Below, one piece after another: positions 60,264-64,000 of a stretch of DNA of 64,000 nucleotides. The stretch's first letter is position 1. Every line of letters starts with the position of its first letter. The stretch comes from Iphione sp. A-MEVVRFRX5. Lineage: Eukaryota. Position numbers and translations under genes: made by a program. The stretch lies in contig OZ320314.1 of NCBI GenBank assembly GCA_976226885.1, forward strand, positions 119,908,001 to 119,972,000, written 5' to 3'. The notes under the pieces are model-generated. The model was not told the origin of the DNA and searched no databases. It was given only the letters and a program-made list of their open reading frames with translations.

Positions 60264-62435
60264 TTGATCAATGAGTTCCTGAGCGATCATCTACCGGTGG
60301 TTCTGAAGTTTAAGAAAGGCGCCCCAAAAATCATTGCCACCAAGGTTAAAACCAGGAAGTGGGATGCTGCCATGCTGGATACTCTGCACCAGAGGCTACG
60401 TGATGAAGGCTTGCCAAACATAGGGGAGGATCCGAATGAGGCCTAGGTCGAACTTGAAGACAAGATAAGGCGGTTGCTGGATGAGGTATGCCCAGAACGC
60501 TGGCACACCGCGAGACAACCGAGCAATGGTCCTGCATTGGACGCAGCAACCTTGGAGCTGATAGAAGACCGTCATTACTTCTACAGCCAATGGAAGTGTG
60601 ATGGCAATGAGGACTCCAAACGAATGTTCAAGTTCCTCGACAAGAGGGTGAAGAGGGCTATTGACTCCAACCACAGAAGATACTGGACGAATGAAGTGAG
60701 TCGCGCTGGTGCCAACTCTGCCAAACTATGGGGAGTACTCAACACCGTGCTGGGTCGCAACCGGGGAGAGCAGACGTTACCCAACGAAGATGAAGAGGAA
60801 CATGATGGGGGTGAAGGATCGCTGGCATGCAGATTCAACGACTATTTCATCGACGAAGTCATATGCCTGGCCAAGCCCCCAGCTATCCCAGATTGGACGG
60901 TGACTGGCAGAAGAGAGGTGTTTGATGTGGGCACTCCAGGGCCCATCACGCTGAGGCCGCACATCCAAAAACAACGCGTCTCGAAGGCATCGGGCGTGGA
61001 GGGAATTCTGACCCGGGTGCTTAAGCCGCTTCTGCTGCTATTGCTTGACTTCCTCTCTGACCTATTCAGCTCTGTCATGGAAAATGGCCAATACCCTGAT
61101 GCCTGGAAAGATGCGCGAGTGACGCCGATCTTCAAGAAAGGGGAACGTGATCAGCTAGCAAATTACCACCCGGTATCCATTCTGCCTATGCCCGGGAAAA
61201 TCTTTGAATCCTGGTTTGTACCCAGCTTAATGGATCAGATGGAAAAAGCCAACTTCATCAGCCCTCAACAGCATAGGTTCAGAGCCAGAAGAAGCACAGA
61301 AACGGCTATTGTCAGCCTAGTGATGAAAGCACAGGAACAACTGAATGCCAGGAACTACTGCAGCCTACTGGCTTTTGACCTAAAGAAAGCCTTTGATCTC
61401 ATGCCACGCCAGGGTGTGCTGTGTCACTTGGAGCTGGCGGGAGCGAGAGCCACGCTAAGAAAACTTGTCAACAGCTACTTTGAAAACAGGAAGCAATACA
61501 TTCGCTGTCGAGGACAGGATTCACCCCTACGAGAGGTCAAACACGGTGTCCCCCAGGGTTCGGTGTTTGGCCCCAGTGCGTTCTCCCTAGTGATAGACGA
61601 AGTCATCGATCTTCTCCCGCGCCACAGTGAGGCGACACTGTATGCAGACGATCTTTCTGTGATTGTAACAGCTACCGATCTGCTGAGGTTGCGTGCATCG
61701 TCTCAACACACCATTGACACCATCTCTAGCTGGTGTGAGAGAACAGGCCTGAGACTCAGCGAAGGAAAATATTGCTATATGGTTATGGGTAAGGCTGCTA
61801 ATACTCCACTCGATCTATACATCGGTGAGAGCAAGATGGAACTGGTGAAGAAGACCAAGCTACTGGGGTACATGGTAGACTCAGGACTGAAATTCAAGGA
61901 GCAAATCAGTGATATCAAGTCAAAGATGTGGATAGCTTCCCTTAAACTAGGACGCGTGAAACATCTTCTTCCACTTGATGTTAGGGCAAGACTATTCAAA
62001 GCACTCGTCCTCCCACATCTCCAGTATGGGGCGGCAGTGCTTTATGGCACCATAGGCTCAGACAAGAGAAAACTCCAGATCCACTTCAACAGGTGCCTAA
62101 GAGTATGTCTACAGCGGCACAAGCAGTCGTTGACGAGGCAGCTAGCAGGCAAGTTCTCTATTGACAGAGTTTCTACAACAGTAGACATTAGGGCAATCTC
62201 TGCCATCCATCGATTGGCGCACCTAAGACTTCTCCCACTAGCAGTGAGGTCGTGCACTAGAGATGGGGAGTCTACGAGAGTACGCATCCCAAAGGCTAAA
62301 TCACAAAGATTCATCACCAGCCTGCGATATGGAGCGTCCTCAACTTGGAACTCCCTGCCAATGGACCTAAGGGAGTCAACAAAGCCGAAAGTGAAGGGAT
62401 GGGTGAGGGGGAGGGATATTACAGATCAAGGCTAG
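60264..62435 (+). pseudogene. LINE ORF2 (RT) with one in-frame TAG at 60444-60446
   Basis: YHPVSIL, DLKKAFD, GVPQGSVFGP, YADD, WNSLP; the two track ORFs share one frame. Confidence 0.88.
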
Positions 62436-63387
62436 GCAGCAAGTAAGGGCGGGCATGGCACCCTCTGTTACATATGAGCAAATGGCATGGAACAAGCCCC
62501 CAGTCAAAGCTTACAGGGTAAGAGCAAGGTGGTGGCAAGGTGGTGTGTGTCCAGCTGAAACACACCCCATGCCACTCCAATCTAGTAGTCAGTGCAGTCC
62601 AAGTGTATATTGAGTGTATTTGCTCAGCTAGGGTCTGTGTAAGATCCGTGTAAGATCAGTTCCACATAACAAAACATAAGCCGTCACACTGAGTGAATAT
62701 GTGTTTGCGCATGAATGTCTAGTTTTAGTGAAATTCTGCACGCCAGCACCAAAACTCCAGTAGGTCAATGCCAGCATGGTCAGCACCCCTGGGTATGATT
62801 GACACTGATTTAGTCTATTACACAACCTAAAAGATTTGCTTAGGTAACATGATGTGTTTGAGTCAAGGGAAGCTGTAACACCTGACTCTCTGAGGAGGGT
62901 AGTACCAGCATCGCCAGCACCGATGGGTAGGACAGACACTAACTTGGACAAACTTATTAATGTAACTTTTCACTCGGGCATTATTGGGGTATATTTTTCT
63001 AGGAAAGCTGCAACGTCTGTGGTGTTGCCAGCATGTACCATCGAATGTGATGTTGTGCATTATATGTGATGTCCTGTGTGATGCATGTAAATATGGTGTC
63101 CTGTGACTGTTGAACTGTCTCATTCTGTGATGTTGGTGCAGTTGTAACTATGTGCTGTTGTAATTGTTAATCACATGTTTATATGGTTTCCTGTGACTGT
63201 ACAACTGTCTTGTTCTGTATTGTTGGTGTTGTTGTAAATATGTGCTACTGTAACTGTTGGAACTGCGCTGTTCATGTAACGCTACTCACTTTGAAGGATG
63301 AAATCATCACACATGTTTTTGTTAACCAGGAGAACTTTGTACGGACTATGAAGATTGGTTAATAAAAGTTTATTCAATTCAATTCAA
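60264..63387 (+). mobile_element. 5'-truncated CR1/L2-type LINE
   Basis: Starts at the APE endonuclease end (SDHLPV); RT region; ~950-bp 3' UTR ending AATAAAA..(TTCAA)n. Confidence 0.88.
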
Positions 63388-64000
63388 TAAGCATCAAACC
63401 CAGATTTACTTGTGGACCTTGTTTATTCAGCAATGCTTCAACAGAGTACACGAAACATTAGTGGCGGCAGTGGGATCTCTGATGAACCTTCCACTAAGCA
63501 TGATACCACTGTTGACATTGTCAAGGAAACCATGTCAACCACTCAGGAACCCCACAATGCCAAGGTGTGCGGAGGAGCCAATTTACCCAGGGAGGGCCTG
63601 GGCAGTGCAGATGCCCCAGAGGAGGAGAGTGGCAGTGTCAGAGTCCCTCTGACCCTGGTGGCAAACCCCTGTGGAGGTCACCTTTATGATTCATCACTGG
63701 GGAAGCAGACAACAGTGCAGATGATTCCTCCAGTGGGGAGTCTGAGGAAGACTCTGATGGATACAGCACAGCAACCCCCACAGACACAGAGGTTGAGGAA
63801 CTGCAGAGTGGTGCCAAGAGTTGGCAGCCATGTTCAAGCAGCTAACCCACAAGCAATCTACTCATGTTACCCCAGAGACTTATGATGGAAGCACCCTGTG
63901 GGCTGACTATGAACATCATTTTGTCCTGGCAGCGAGGGTTGGACCACCTTGGAGAAAGCAGTACAGTTGGGCATGTCCCTGCTTAGCTCTGTGTGACTGG

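Larger units (their letters stand above)
60129..64000 (+). mobile_element. Decayed Gypsy element: 5' LTR split by a LINE, tRNA-Leu-like PBS, gag remnant
   Basis: TGTAAT.. with TATAAATAG before 60263 resumes at ~63388 and ends ..AAACA at 63457. TAGTGGCGGCAGTGGGAT at 63459-63476 matches 15/18 of the tRNA-Leu PBS TGGTGGCAGCGGTGGGAT. Gag TPETYDGSTLWADYEHHF..W..LEKAVQLGMSL at the window end. Confidence 0.65.

Overview
Eukaryotic (invertebrate animal) genomic DNA, AT-rich and transposon-dense; the taxon cannot be assigned from sequence alone. The main gene is a Cys-loop ligand-gated cation channel (nicotinic acetylcholine receptor-like, non-alpha type) on the + strand. One copy of exons 1-2 (signal peptide and N-terminal helix; 11424-11490, 13612-13745) is followed by a tandem array of exon 3-10 cassettes: A 22467-29615, B 32374-52553, and C starting at 57389 and running off the window. 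All visible cassette exons are intact and in phase, and A and B each have a poly(A) signal. I find no exon 1/2 between cassettes, which suggests a constant-5'/variable-3' splicing system. A candidate MITE-derived docking/selector RNA duplex links intron 2 to the distal cassettes. Cassette B intron 4 holds a young 10.9-kb env-bearing Ty3/gypsy element (548-bp LTRs, ATAT TSD, tRNA-His PBS) with a predicted spliced env and two extra ORFs upstream of gag. Also present: a spliced THAP-domain gene (- strand, left edge), LINE, Penelope, pogo and Gypsy remnants, several MITE families and tandem repeats. All calls come from manual reading and translation; no database searches were run.
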